Assembly: GCA_947385085.1 (NCBI GenBank) | Contig: CANDJN010000001.1 | Coordinates: 73,494 to 137,493 of the forward strand | DNA from: an uncultured Erysipelotrichaceae bacterium | GTDB lineage: Bacteria > Bacillota_I > Bacilli_A > Erysipelotrichales > Erysipelotrichaceae | Direction of reading: 5' to 3' | Length of the DNA: 64,000 nucleotides | Part shown: positions 20,623 to 29,712 of the stretch, piece after piece | Position numbering within the stretch: the stretch's first letter is position 1 | How the letters are laid out: every line of letters begins with the position of its first letter | Translations under genes and position numbers: made by a program | The notes under the pieces: generated by a model | Seen by the model: only the letters and a program-made list of their open reading frames with translations | The model's database searches: none | Told to the model about the DNA's origin: nothing

Positions 20623-20880
20623 AGCATACCTCCATCCATATACTATGCATCAAGCAATTTTATGAAATGGCAATATACCAGATCAATAGACTGAAGCCTT
20701 ATAACTGTATAAATGCTACATTTTAAAAAGAGATGGAAAATTATTGAATAATAATACTATTACTACATGTTTGTACTGCTAATCACTGCATTGATATATT
20801 ATTGAAAGACGAAGTGAATGACAGATAATGTAAAATCAGCATTATTTCTTGTAAAATGTTAAAATTTTTTAAATTAATTA

Positions 20881-20909
20881 TTGACATTAATGCACAAATA
20901 TTGTACTAT
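20881..20909 (+). promoter_or_regulatory. SigA-type promoter driving a small RNA
   Basis: TTGACA, 17 nt, TACTAT. No ORF downstream. Confidence 0.55.
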
Positions 20910-20915
20910 ATCTGC

Positions 20916-21056
20916 AGGTGGTAACACCTCTTGTGGCGCCCTCCTAGCCTATCTTTTCTTCCCCCACCCATATGGATAGGCCTAGTATCTCCCCCAAATT
21001 TAACCAGTGGGCGCCACTCGTCTATAAAGAAAAACATCGAGCAATCGATGTTTTTT
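20916..21056 (+). ncRNA. Candidate ~140-nt trans-acting sRNA with two CCCCC motifs (RsaE/RoxS-like architecture)
   Basis: Own promoter and terminator (ACATCGA-GCAA-TCGATGT plus T6). Outer helix UGGCGCCC/GGGCGCCA. Inner hairpin CUAGCCUAUC/GAUAGGCCUAG presents UUCCCCCACCC in the loop; a second UCCCCCAAA lies in a single-stranded stretch. Confidence 0.5.
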
Positions 21057-21113
21057 GTTCTATAGCAATATAAACATAATATATGATGTGAACCGGCAAT
21101 GAACTTTGATTGA

Positions 21114-22061
21114 TCATAAAGAAGCAGTGTAGCGCCGCCCTTGCCAAGTATTGCGGCGAATCATTTCTTTATCAATGGTATTGAGAACCACTTTCTTGTT
21201 GGCACTCCATCGCGGTGCAATTAAATCACACTGAGCACCATCACCGCTCAAACGCTGAATGATGATTTCAGGCGGCAATATTTCTAATTGCTGGATGACA
21301 ATATTGACATATTCATCTAAGGAAAGCAAGGGGAATGAGTTTTGTTCGTATTGTCTAGCCATTTCAGTGTTTTTCATGATATGAAGCATATGAATCTTTA
21401 TGGCATGAATCGGCAGGGTAGAAAGTACTTGGACACTTTCTATCATTTTTGCTTCATCTTCTGTAGGCAGTCCGTTGATCAGATGGACACAAATATGCAG
21501 CTTTGTTTTGCTCAATCGTTGAATACAATCATAAAATTGGTCAAAAGTATGACCACGATGAATGACCCTGGCGGTTTCATCATGGACGCTTTGTAAGCCC
21601 AATTCAATCCAGATATCCTTAGTTTGGGCGCATTGATGAAGATATGCAATTTTATCAGCTTCCAAGCAGTCTGAGCGTGTAGCGATACAGATGGCAGGAA
21701 TCTCATCCATTCCCATAAATGGTGTAAGCATTTGTTTGATAACGGGTAAAGGGGCATAGGTATTGGTAAATGCCTGAAAATATGGCATTGCCATTCCATT
21801 CCATTTCGCTTTCATGTGTTTCTTTCCTGCAAGAAACTGAGACATAAGATCATCGCTGCGCTGTCCGGCAAATTCACCGCTGCCTGCGGCTGTGCAGTAA
21901 GTACAACCGCCGTATCCGCAAGTGCCATCCCGATTGGGACAAGTCATTCCGGCATCAAGTGGAACTTTGAATACCTTACTGTGATAGGTATGACGCAGAT
22001 AGTAATTCCATGTATGATAGCGCTTATGATCATCACTGTAAGGAAAGGGATTATTTTTCAT
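21114..22061 (-). CDS. TIGR01212-family radical SAM protein (YhcC-like)
   Basis: Radical-SAM core present. The CxxxCxxC assignment is tentative (CPNRDGTCGYGGCTYC region). Confidence 0.7.
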   Translation of the reverse strand: MKNNPFPYSDDHKRYHTWNYYLRHTYHSKVFKVPLDAGMTCPNRDGTCGYGGCTYCTAAGSGEFAGQRSDDLMSQFLAGKKHMKAKWNGMAMPYFQAFTNTYAPLPVIKQMLTPFMGMDEIPAICIATRSDCLEADKIAYLHQCAQTKDIWIELGLQSVHDETARVIHRGHTFDQFYDCIQRLSKTKLHICVHLINGLPTEDEAKMIESVQVLSTLPIHAIKIHMLHIMKNTEMARQYEQNSFPLLSLDEYVNIVIQQLEILPPEIIIQRLSGDGAQCDLIAPRWSANKKVVLNTIDKEMIRRNTWQGRRYTASL

Positions 22062-22222
22062 AGGATCACCGCTATTATTTTATCACAAAAGCTGTTATTC
22101 TTTTTGATGATACTTAAAGTAATAAAATCATAATGAAATGCATCAGAAAATGATTGTATTTTTATTTGGATATGAGATAATTATAAACACAAAAATTTAT
22201 AAGAAATTCGAGGTCTGATAAC

Positions 22223-22906
22223 ATGCGTACGACGAAACAAACCATACAATGTAAGAAATATCCGATTTGTTATACCTTGTTAAGAAAAAAGGTGAAAAAC
22301 ATCAATATGCATATTGAGAATAATGGTGAGATTATCGTCAGTGCCAATGCGTTTGTGCCATTGGAGCGCATTGATGATTTTGTCTTTGATAAGCTTTCGT
22401 GGATTCAAAAGCATCGTGAGGCAATTCTAAGGCGAAGTCAGCGGGTACTGCGCTCTGATACGGAAATGATGCTGTTTGGCAAAACGTACCAGATAAAATA
22501 CAGCGAGGGACGCTTTTCTCATGTATCTTATGGGAAGGATACGATTCAAGTCGTATTAAAGGAAGGAGCAGAAAAGGATCGGGTCGTACAACTGTTCTTG
22601 GATAAACTATGTAATGATGTGTACACGGACATTGCTAAGATCACGCATCGCATGCTGGAGGATTATCATTTGACATTTCCGACTATAAAGATACGAAGAA
22701 TGAAAAGTCGTTGGGGAAGCTGTATCCCAACCAAGCATCAGATTACACTGAATAAACAATTGATTCACTATCCGATTGAGTTTATTGAATATGTGGTATT
22801 GCATGAATTTGTACATTTTATTCAACCTAATCACTCTAAAGCCTTCTATCGTATCATTGAGAATCATATGCCGGACTATCGTGAGCGTATGGCACTGGTA
22901 CGCTAG
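22223..22906 (+). CDS. YgjP-like (DUF45, WLM/SprT-like) zinc metallohydrolase
   Basis: HEFVHFIQPNH HExxH motif; N-terminal pattern of the YgjP family. Confidence 0.7.
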   Translation: MRTTKQTIQCKKYPICYTLLRKKVKNINMHIENNGEIIVSANAFVPLERIDDFVFDKLSWIQKHREAILRRSQRVLRSDTEMMLFGKTYQIKYSEGRFSHVSYGKDTIQVVLKEGAEKDRVVQLFLDKLCNDVYTDIAKITHRMLEDYHLTFPTIKIRRMKSRWGSCIPTKHQITLNKQLIHYPIEFIEYVVLHEFVHFIQPNHSKAFYRIIENHMPDYRERMALVR

Positions 22907-22941
22907 TATGGAGAATTATGGATTGAAAGACAGGTGAAAAG

Positions 22942-23985
22942 TTGATGAATTATGAAACAAAGCTATTTCAAGCTTATCATGTGAATAGGGAAAAGCTCAT
23001 ACACTATGGCTTTGAGAAAAGGAAATATGACTATGTTTGGTCAAAAACGATGAGCGAACCGTCATTGAGAATGGAGGTTGTCATAGTTGAAGATGGCGCG
23101 GTACATGCATCCATTATAGATACGGTGTTTGAAGAAGAATATACACAATATCGTTTGGATTATGCAGAGGGTGAATTTGTCAATCGTGTGAAAGAGGAAT
23201 TTACCGCTGTACTTATGGATATACGTACCCATTGCTTTACCAAGTCATATTTTGTGAGTGATCAAGCCAATCGCTTAGCGCTGCTCATCAAATCACAATT
23301 TGGAGATGAACCTTCATTTTTATGGGAAAAGACGCCGAACGCTGCTGTCTTTAAAAATCCTGCAAATCAAAAATGGTATGCATTGATTATGAATCTTGCC
23401 GGAAAAACCATTCATTTAACATCGGAAACGGTCGATATATTGAATGTAAAACTGCCTAGTGAACAAATTGAGCAGCTATTAAAAAGAACCGGCTTTGTGC
23501 CGGCATATCATATGAATAAAACACATTGGATAACGATATTATTAGATGATTCATTAAAAGATGATGAGATAATGCAGTATATTATGCAAAGTCATGGTGA
23601 TACGCATCACCGTGATGAATGGATTGTTCCCGCTAATCCGAAATATTATGATGTGATCAGTGAATTTGAAAATACCGATACAATCACTTGGAATCAAACG
23701 GCACATATTCAAAAAGGGAACGCTGTCTATCTCTATTTTGGCTTACCATATTCCGCTATTTTATATAAGTGTATGGTGATTGAGACAGATTTGCCTACAT
23801 CTTCTCGGGATAACAAAGGACGCATGAAAAAACAGATGCGGATTCAACGCATTGAAAAATATGAAAACGATCAGTTCCCGTTGTCATTATTGAAGCAATG
23901 CGGGGTAAAAAGCGTTCGCGGCGCAAGAAGTATGCCGGAGCAGTTAAGTCGCATGATCAATCACAAAAATGATAAGAATGAATAG
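22942..23985 (+). CDS. Three-part protein: unknown N-domain, MmcQ/YjbR-like DNA-binding domain, C-terminal PUA-like (EVE/ASCH-type) domain
   Basis: Central KWYALIMNLAGK...THWITILLD matches the YjbR family. C-terminal WIVPANPKYYD...KGNAVYLYFG fits a PUA-like fold. Confidence 0.5.
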   Translation: MMNYETKLFQAYHVNREKLIHYGFEKRKYDYVWSKTMSEPSLRMEVVIVEDGAVHASIIDTVFEEEYTQYRLDYAEGEFVNRVKEEFTAVLMDIRTHCFTKSYFVSDQANRLALLIKSQFGDEPSFLWEKTPNAAVFKNPANQKWYALIMNLAGKTIHLTSETVDILNVKLPSEQIEQLLKRTGFVPAYHMNKTHWITILLDDSLKDDEIMQYIMQSHGDTHHRDEWIVPANPKYYDVISEFENTDTITWNQTAHIQKGNAVYLYFGLPYSAILYKCMVIETDLPTSSRDNKGRMKKQMRIQRIEKYENDQFPLSLLKQCGVKSVRGARSMPEQLSRMINHKNDKNE

Positions 23986-24037
23986 GATTATAAAGTCATC
24001 AGTTTCCCTTGGCTATAAATGAAAAGGGTAGTGTTTT

Positions 24038-24780
24038 ATGAAAAAACATACACAAAAAATATTTTCTATAGCACTGATTATCTTTCTTTCAATTTTGATT
24101 ATTATCATGCCGAACTGTGTGGATGGTTCTCGTGTCACGGCCGGAAAAGAACCGATTTACTGCGCGAAGATCTACAGTACCAATAGCAATAAGGTCACAT
24201 ATTGGGGCTTAAGCGATAAGGTAATCCGCTATGCGAACGAATCACCTAATGAGCCCTTTGAAGACAACATCGGAGTTAAAATGGGCAGCTGGTTTATGAA
24301 TTATGAGTCACCGAATGATCACCATAATAACAAGAGTGAAATTTTTAGATGATTTGTACCATACTGTATTGACGGAAAATGATGACATCCGAAATTTAAG
24401 CAACGAGTATCATTTTTCCAATGCCATCAAGGATCAATGCTTGGCAATAGATTCCACGGTACATAACATTTATCGTTATAATGAATTTATGAAGCATTAT
24501 CAAAACCATCAAAATGCTTTTATTCGAGTTGCACAAACTACCGATGAGGGAGATTTGATATTAAACGATCTTTTGTATGATGCGAGTAGCGATACGATCT
24601 TTTGGTAGAGGATAACCCAAGGCATGCCAATTCGGAAATGGAGGATCGTCAAATTACCATGATGCATTTTAATCACATGAAAGAAAGAACGATGGGCGAT
24701 GCGCGTCTTTGGGGTGTATATCAGGATCCCATGAATATGCAGGATGAACAATTTGTGCAGGTTAAATTGTGGTATTATTG
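24038..24780 (+). pseudogene. Possible frameshifted gene for a secreted protein, split over three reading frames
   Basis: ORFs 24038-24352 (signal peptide) and 24303-24608 plus a further in-frame-shifted ~52-aa segment to 24780 overlap head-to-tail in different frames. Confidence 0.3.
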
Positions 24781-24873
24781 AAATGAATTTATATCATATA
24801 AGTCATAAATGCCAAGTTATAGATGAGACATTTACGATAGTAGGGTTCCAATGTGAAAGCTTTGAATGAATAA

Positions 24874-24904
24874 GCAAAAAAACGAGCAGCCACTCGTTTT
24901 TTTT
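24874..24904. terminator. Bidirectional intrinsic terminator
   Basis: AAAAAAA-ACGAGCAGCCACTCGT-TTTTTTT, an A-run and T-run flanking a GC hairpin; serves minus-strand aroF. Confidence 0.6.
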
Positions 24905-24923
24905 GTCTGATACAAGCTCGCTA

Positions 24924-25940
24924 TTACATCTCCCGACCAATTACATGAGCGATGGCACGCCCCTTGCGAATCACTTCGGCGAAGCGCTCCGGCTTTAAAG
25001 ACTGCGCCCCATCTGACCATGCACATTCAGGATTGTTGTGGACTTCAATAATCAAACCATCAGCTCCGGCGGCAATGGCAGCCAGAGACATAGATTCGAT
25101 CAGCTTCCAATCACCGGTCGCATGACTAGGATCAATGATGATCGGCAAATGAGTTTTTTCTTTAATAATCGGCACCACGCTGAGATCTAAGGTATTGCGA
25201 GTATATTTTTCAAAGGTACGAATACCGCGTTCACAGAAAATGACGTTCTGATTGCCCTCGGACATGATATATTCCGCTGCCATAATCCATTCTTCAATCG
25301 TATTGGCCAAGCCGCGCTTCAACAGAATCGGCTTATTGACGCGACCGACTGCTTTTAACAAATCGAAGTTTTGCATATTGCGGGCACCGATTTGGATCAA
25401 ATCGACATTTTCGATGAATTCATCCAGCTTATCTGCACTCATTAATTCTGATACAATCGGCAATCCCGTTTTACTGCGAGCGTTTACCATACAGGTGATA
25501 CCTTCAAAGCCCATACCTTGGAAAGCATAGGGAGAAGTGCGAGGCTTATAAGCGCCCCCTCGCAGCATATCTCCACCAGCGTCCTTGACTGACTGTGCGA
25601 TATCCATGATCTGCGTCTGTCCTTCAACTGAACAGGGCCCGCCGATCACAACGATTTTTTCGTTTCCGCCCACCTTAATGCCGGCGACATCGATCACGCT
25701 GTCCTGCGGATGAAATAATCGATTGGCTTTTTTGTAGGGGGCAGCAATTCGGGTGACATCTTCCACAAAGGGATTGGCTTGAATTGTTTTTTCGTCCAAA
25801 CCAGCCGTATCACCGACCAATCCGAATACGTTGTAATTGTCACCGTGAATCAGCGTAACCTGTAAGCCTCTGCTTTCAAAGCTTTGGATCAGTTTGTTAA
25901 TTTCCTTTTGTGGTGCTTGTTTTTTTAATGTGATAATCAT
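24924..25940 (-). CDS. aroF: 3-deoxy-7-phosphoheptulonate (DAHP) synthase, type I-beta with an N-terminal regulatory domain
   Basis: KDO8P/DAHP synthase TIM-barrel motifs (GPCSVE, KPRTSPY); ~70-aa N-terminal extension. Confidence 0.85.
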   Translation of the reverse strand: MIITLKKQAPQKEINKLIQSFESRGLQVTLIHGDNYNVFGLVGDTAGLDEKTIQANPFVEDVTRIAAPYKKANRLFHPQDSVIDVAGIKVGGNEKIVVIGGPCSVEGQTQIMDIAQSVKDAGGDMLRGGAYKPRTSPYAFQGMGFEGITCMVNARSKTGLPIVSELMSADKLDEFIENVDLIQIGARNMQNFDLLKAVGRVNKPILLKRGLANTIEEWIMAAEYIMSEGNQNVIFCERGIRTFEKYTRNTLDLSVVPIIKEKTHLPIIIDPSHATGDWKLIESMSLAAIAAGADGLIIEVHNNPECAWSDGAQSLKPERFAEVIRKGRAIAHVIGREM

Positions 25941-27202
25941 AATGGTTCTCCTTCTTTTTTATCTAATGCTTCATAGGCTTGTAAAATCTGAGTAACAGCG
26001 GTGTTGATGTCACGATCGTTTTCAATGATAACATCACTATAGCCTTCGTATAGATGCCTGCGTTCTTCATATAATGCAGCGATGGCGTTCTTGCTGGAGG
26101 ATAGAGGCCGAGCCTTGTCCACCAGCAACAAATCCAAATCACGCTTCACGTAGACAATCCATCCATTACATGCTAATCGCTCCATGTTTTGCGGATTCTT
26201 AACGATGCCGCCGCCTGTCGCAATAATGATGTTCTGACTTTTTGCAAGCTGTGCGCAAACACTGCTTTCGATTTCACGAAAGGCAGCTTCACCATCCTGA
26301 TTGATAATATCAGCGATACTACGATGAGTCTGTGTTTCGATTGCTTCATCTAAATCAATCCAATTCCTGCCTAATTGCTCACCCAGAAGCCGTGCGATGG
26401 TTGTTTTGCCACAGGAGGGCATACCGATCAAAACGATGTTGCGTTTTTCCTTGATCATTTGATGATAAATTTCATCAATTCTATGATCGCTAATGGCTTT
26501 TCTAGTGAAGAATTCCACAGCGTATTTTGCTTGCGCGATGAGCATCTCCAAGCCGCCGGCATAGCGAATACCGCGTTGGCGTGCCTGTAGACATAAGCGG
26601 GTAAGCAGGGGATTGTAAATAATATCCACCACAGCTTCACAGGCAGGAAAATCAGCGAGGTCACAAGGACACTCATCATTGTCGGGATACATTCCGCATG
26701 GTGTGGTGTTGACGATGATTTGAACATCACGATGTCTTTGACGTGCCTCCTCATAGGAAATGGTAGTAGGAGAGGCAGTGCGTCGCGTGGATATGATCTG
26801 TTTACAGCCTTCATCTTTTAATACTGCCTTAATTGCCTGAGCACCCCCGCCATCACCTAGAACCAGTACTTTCTTATTGTAAACGTTGATATGATGCTGG
26901 TTCAGCGTATAGCGAAAGCCATCATAATCCGTATTGGTTCCCATTAAACGACCATTTTGATGAAGAATGGTATTAACTGCACCAATCTTACATGCTTTTT
27001 CATCCATTTCATCCAGATAGGATATTACCGCTATTTTATAAGGTATTGTCACATTAATGGCAGAAAAATCACGCTGTTTCATAAAGCAATGAAATTCTGC
27101 TTCTGTTAACGGACACAGCTCATAAGTATAGGAAGCCAGTAGTTCATGAATGGTCTTTGAAAAGCTATGTCCCAGCTTATTTCCGATTAAACCGTATTTC
27201 AT
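25937..27202 (-). CDS. aroE/aroK: Bifunctional shikimate dehydrogenase / shikimate kinase (AroE-AroK fusion)
   Basis: N-terminal AroE motifs (GLIGNKLGHSFS, NVTIPYK, GTNTDYDGF, LGDGGGAQA). C-terminal P-loop GMPSCGKTT shikimate-kinase domain. Start at MKYGL (27202) with RBS GAGGG. Confidence 0.8.
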   Translation of the reverse strand: MKYGLIGNKLGHSFSKTIHELLASYTYELCPLTEAEFHCFMKQRDFSAINVTIPYKIAVISYLDEMDEKACKIGAVNTILHQNGRLMGTNTDYDGFRYTLNQHHINVYNKKVLVLGDGGGAQAIKAVLKDEGCKQIISTRRTASPTTISYEEARQRHRDVQIIVNTTPCGMYPDNDECPCDLADFPACEAVVDIIYNPLLTRLCLQARQRGIRYAGGLEMLIAQAKYAVEFFTRKAISDHRIDEIYHQMIKEKRNIVLIGMPSCGKTTIARLLGEQLGRNWIDLDEAIETQTHRSIADIINQDGEAAFREIESSVCAQLAKSQNIIIATGGGIVKNPQNMERLACNGWIVYVKRDLDLLLVDKARPLSSSKNAIAALYEERRHLYEGYSDVIIENDRDINTAVTQILQAYEALDKKEGEPL

Positions 27203-27501
27203 CTTATCCCTCTTTTCCACTTGAATAAAAAAAGCATCCACATGATTTGTTAGATGCTCAAACAGCCCCGGCAAGTAAAAGTTCCAATCACAAAAGGAAT
27301 GGCTTACCGAGGCAATGTAAAGGTAAAATAAAATGTAGAAGATAGAACCATAGACATAAGAATCACTCCTATTGGAAATAATCATACAGGAAAAGAAAGT
27401 AAAATGCAAGTCCAATTTCATGTCATAGCATAAGACGCACTGAAAATGCTGGTCGTTTTATCATGATTCCTGTATAATGATGAGCAGACGAGGATGATGT
27501 T

Positions 27502-28245
27502 ATGAAAAAGCTAATAGTCAATCAAACGGTTTTTCAAAAAGGTGAAGTAAAGATTTGTGTACCGCTTTGCGGCGGCGATATTGAGGAATGCTTGGAAGAA
27601 TGCAACTGCTTGGAAAAGGAAATCGATGTGGTGGAGTGGCGAATGGATTATCTGCGAGGATCATCTGTGAATGACTGGTTAACAGCATTAAAAGCCATTC
27701 GCAATCATTGTGCTTCCTATACGCTGCTTGCGACATGGCGGCGCATGGAAGAAGGGGGTCGACAACCAATGAAAGCAGAAACTTATGAATCATTGAATCG
27801 GGCGGTAATTCAAAGTGGAATGACGGATATGATTGATGTGGAATTATTTGCGGGGGAAGAAATCGTTTCATCATTGGTACGGGAGGCACATGTTCATGGG
27901 GTAAAGGTGGTAATGTCTCATCATACTATTCATGCGACCCCTACCAAAGAGGAAATGATGATTCGGCTTATGGCTATGGAGCGAATGGGAGGGGATCTGG
28001 TGAAATTGGCAGTGATGCCGCAATGCGTTCAGGATGTTTGGGATTTATTATCAGCCAGCAGCGCCTATAGTGAGCGTGAAGACAGCTGTCCGCTGATTTC
28101 CATGGCAATGGGTCAGCTGGGTGTAGTCAGTCGCGTCAGCGGTGTCATCAGCGGCTCGGTTATGAGTTTTGGCGCACTGAAACAGACGAGTGCTCCGGGG
28201 CAGTTACCTTGGCGTGTCTTAAAAGAGATATTAGAAAAGCTATAA
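27502..28245 (+). CDS. aroD: 3-dehydroquinate dehydratase, type I
   Basis: Type I DHQase length and motifs (EWRMDYL, catalytic Lys region). Confidence 0.8.
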   Translation: MKKLIVNQTVFQKGEVKICVPLCGGDIEECLEECNCLEKEIDVVEWRMDYLRGSSVNDWLTALKAIRNHCASYTLLATWRRMEEGGRQPMKAETYESLNRAVIQSGMTDMIDVELFAGEEIVSSLVREAHVHGVKVVMSHHTIHATPTKEEMMIRLMAMERMGGDLVKLAVMPQCVQDVWDLLSASSAYSEREDSCPLISMAMGQLGVVSRVSGVISGSVMSFGALKQTSAPGQLPWRVLKEILEKL

Positions 28246-28587
28246 TATTTATGTTATAGATAAGAAGTGGACTAAATTCAAATCAATCATAATGAGTAAA
28301 ATATACGCCTCCTGATATAAAGTACTGCTTTATGAAAACAATCATGAACAGCAATAAATCTTATGAAGAAATGAATTAAAGAAAGGGCACAAAATGAATA
28401 AAGATATATTAAGTAGGATCTTGAAACTGCATATTGCAAATCTAAGAAACCTTCCTGTGAATAGTTTACAGGTTTGTGAAAAAATATAATTTGCCGCTTC
28501 CAATGGATATATTTCTTGAATGTAATAACGAATCGTTTTTTTAGCAAAGTAAATTATTATTTATTCGTCAAATAGAAAAAAAGAAAA

Positions 28588-28616
28588 TTGACTGTCAATG
28601 GCAATAATGTTATAAT
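28588..28616 (+). promoter_or_regulatory. SigA-type promoter with ~250-nt leader upstream of nfnAB
   Basis: TTGACT, 17 nt, TATAAT. Confidence 0.55.
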
Positions 28617-28867
28617 GTAATTACATTGTGAATGTCGGTACTATTTGCAACTCATAATGGGCTTGTATTTATCGAGATTATGTGCGATTGCTTATTTTAT
28701 TAATGTTGAAAAAAGGAAAAGAGCAGTAACTTTATTAGTAAACAAAGAGTGTCGCATATTGCACTTATCGCAAAAGCAATGTAAAATAATAATCAGTGAA
28801 GTCATGTAAGTGTCATGAACCTATGTCACAATGGCATACACTGAAAGGAAAGATGGGAGATGAAGGA

Positions 28868-29710
28868 ATGTATACCATTCTGCAAAAAGAGCGTTTAAAT
28901 CCGACCGTGACCAAAATGGTCATACAGGCTCCAAAAGTCGCAAAAAAAGCACAAGCAGGACAATTCATTATACTGCGCGTGCATGAAAACGGAGAACGTA
29001 TTCCGTTAACAATTGCCGATTATGATCGTACAGCAGGTACAGTAACGATTATTTATCAAATTGTCGGTCAGACAACTATGTTGTTAGATCGTTTGGAGAA
29101 AGGCGATTCGTTGTGTGATTTTGTCGGACCACTAGGTAAGCCCAGCATTGTGACCGGGTTGAAAAAGGTGTGCGTGATTGGTGGCGGTGTTGGTTGTGCC
29201 ATTGCTTATCCTACAGCCAAGGCATTGCACGAAAACGGTGCGACGGTTACAGTGGTCAGCGGTTTCCGTAATAAGGATTTGGTTATTTTACAAGAGGAGT
29301 TTCAAGCTGTATCCGATGATTGTCATTTGGTGAGTGATGATGGATCAACCGGACAAAAGGGATTGGTAACCGATGTATTGAAGGAACTCATCGCGAAGGG
29401 CAATGTGTTTGATGAAGTTATAGCGATTGGACCATTAATCATGATGAAGTTTGTCTGCCAGTTAACCAAGCAATATGGCATAAAAACAGTGGTAAGTATG
29501 AATCCGATCATGATCGATGGCACAGGTATGTGTGGATGCTGTCGCTTAAGTGTTGGTGGAGAAACACGTTTTGCTTGTGTGGATGGTCCTGATTTTGACG
29601 GTCATGCGGTTGATTTTGATGAAGCAATGAGTCGAAACAGCTCCTATCGTGAGCAGGAACAGCATCGACGTGAAGAAACGTGTAATCTGTTTCAGAAGGA
29701 GGCGGCTTAA
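28868..29710 (+). CDS. nfnA: NfnA / SudB-like ferredoxin-NADP reductase subunit (dihydroorotate dehydrogenase electron-transfer-subunit fold)
   Basis: FAD/NAD-binding GPLG and GGGVG motifs; C-terminal CGCC...C [2Fe-2S] Cys cluster. Start at MYTIL. Confidence 0.8.
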   Translation: MYTILQKERLNPTVTKMVIQAPKVAKKAQAGQFIILRVHENGERIPLTIADYDRTAGTVTIIYQIVGQTTMLLDRLEKGDSLCDFVGPLGKPSIVTGLKKVCVIGGGVGCAIAYPTAKALHENGATVTVVSGFRNKDLVILQEEFQAVSDDCHLVSDDGSTGQKGLVTDVLKELIAKGNVFDEVIAIGPLIMMKFVCQLTKQYGIKTVVSMNPIMIDGTGMCGCCRLSVGGETRFACVDGPDFDGHAVDFDEAMSRNSSYREQEQHRREETCNLFQKEAA

Positions 29711-29712
29711 TC

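Noticed and set aside
28287-28547. 86-aa minus-strand ORF in the AT-rich intergenic region before nfnA
   Set aside because: AT-rich random ORF with no RBS and implausible composition; the region is better explained as promoter and leader.
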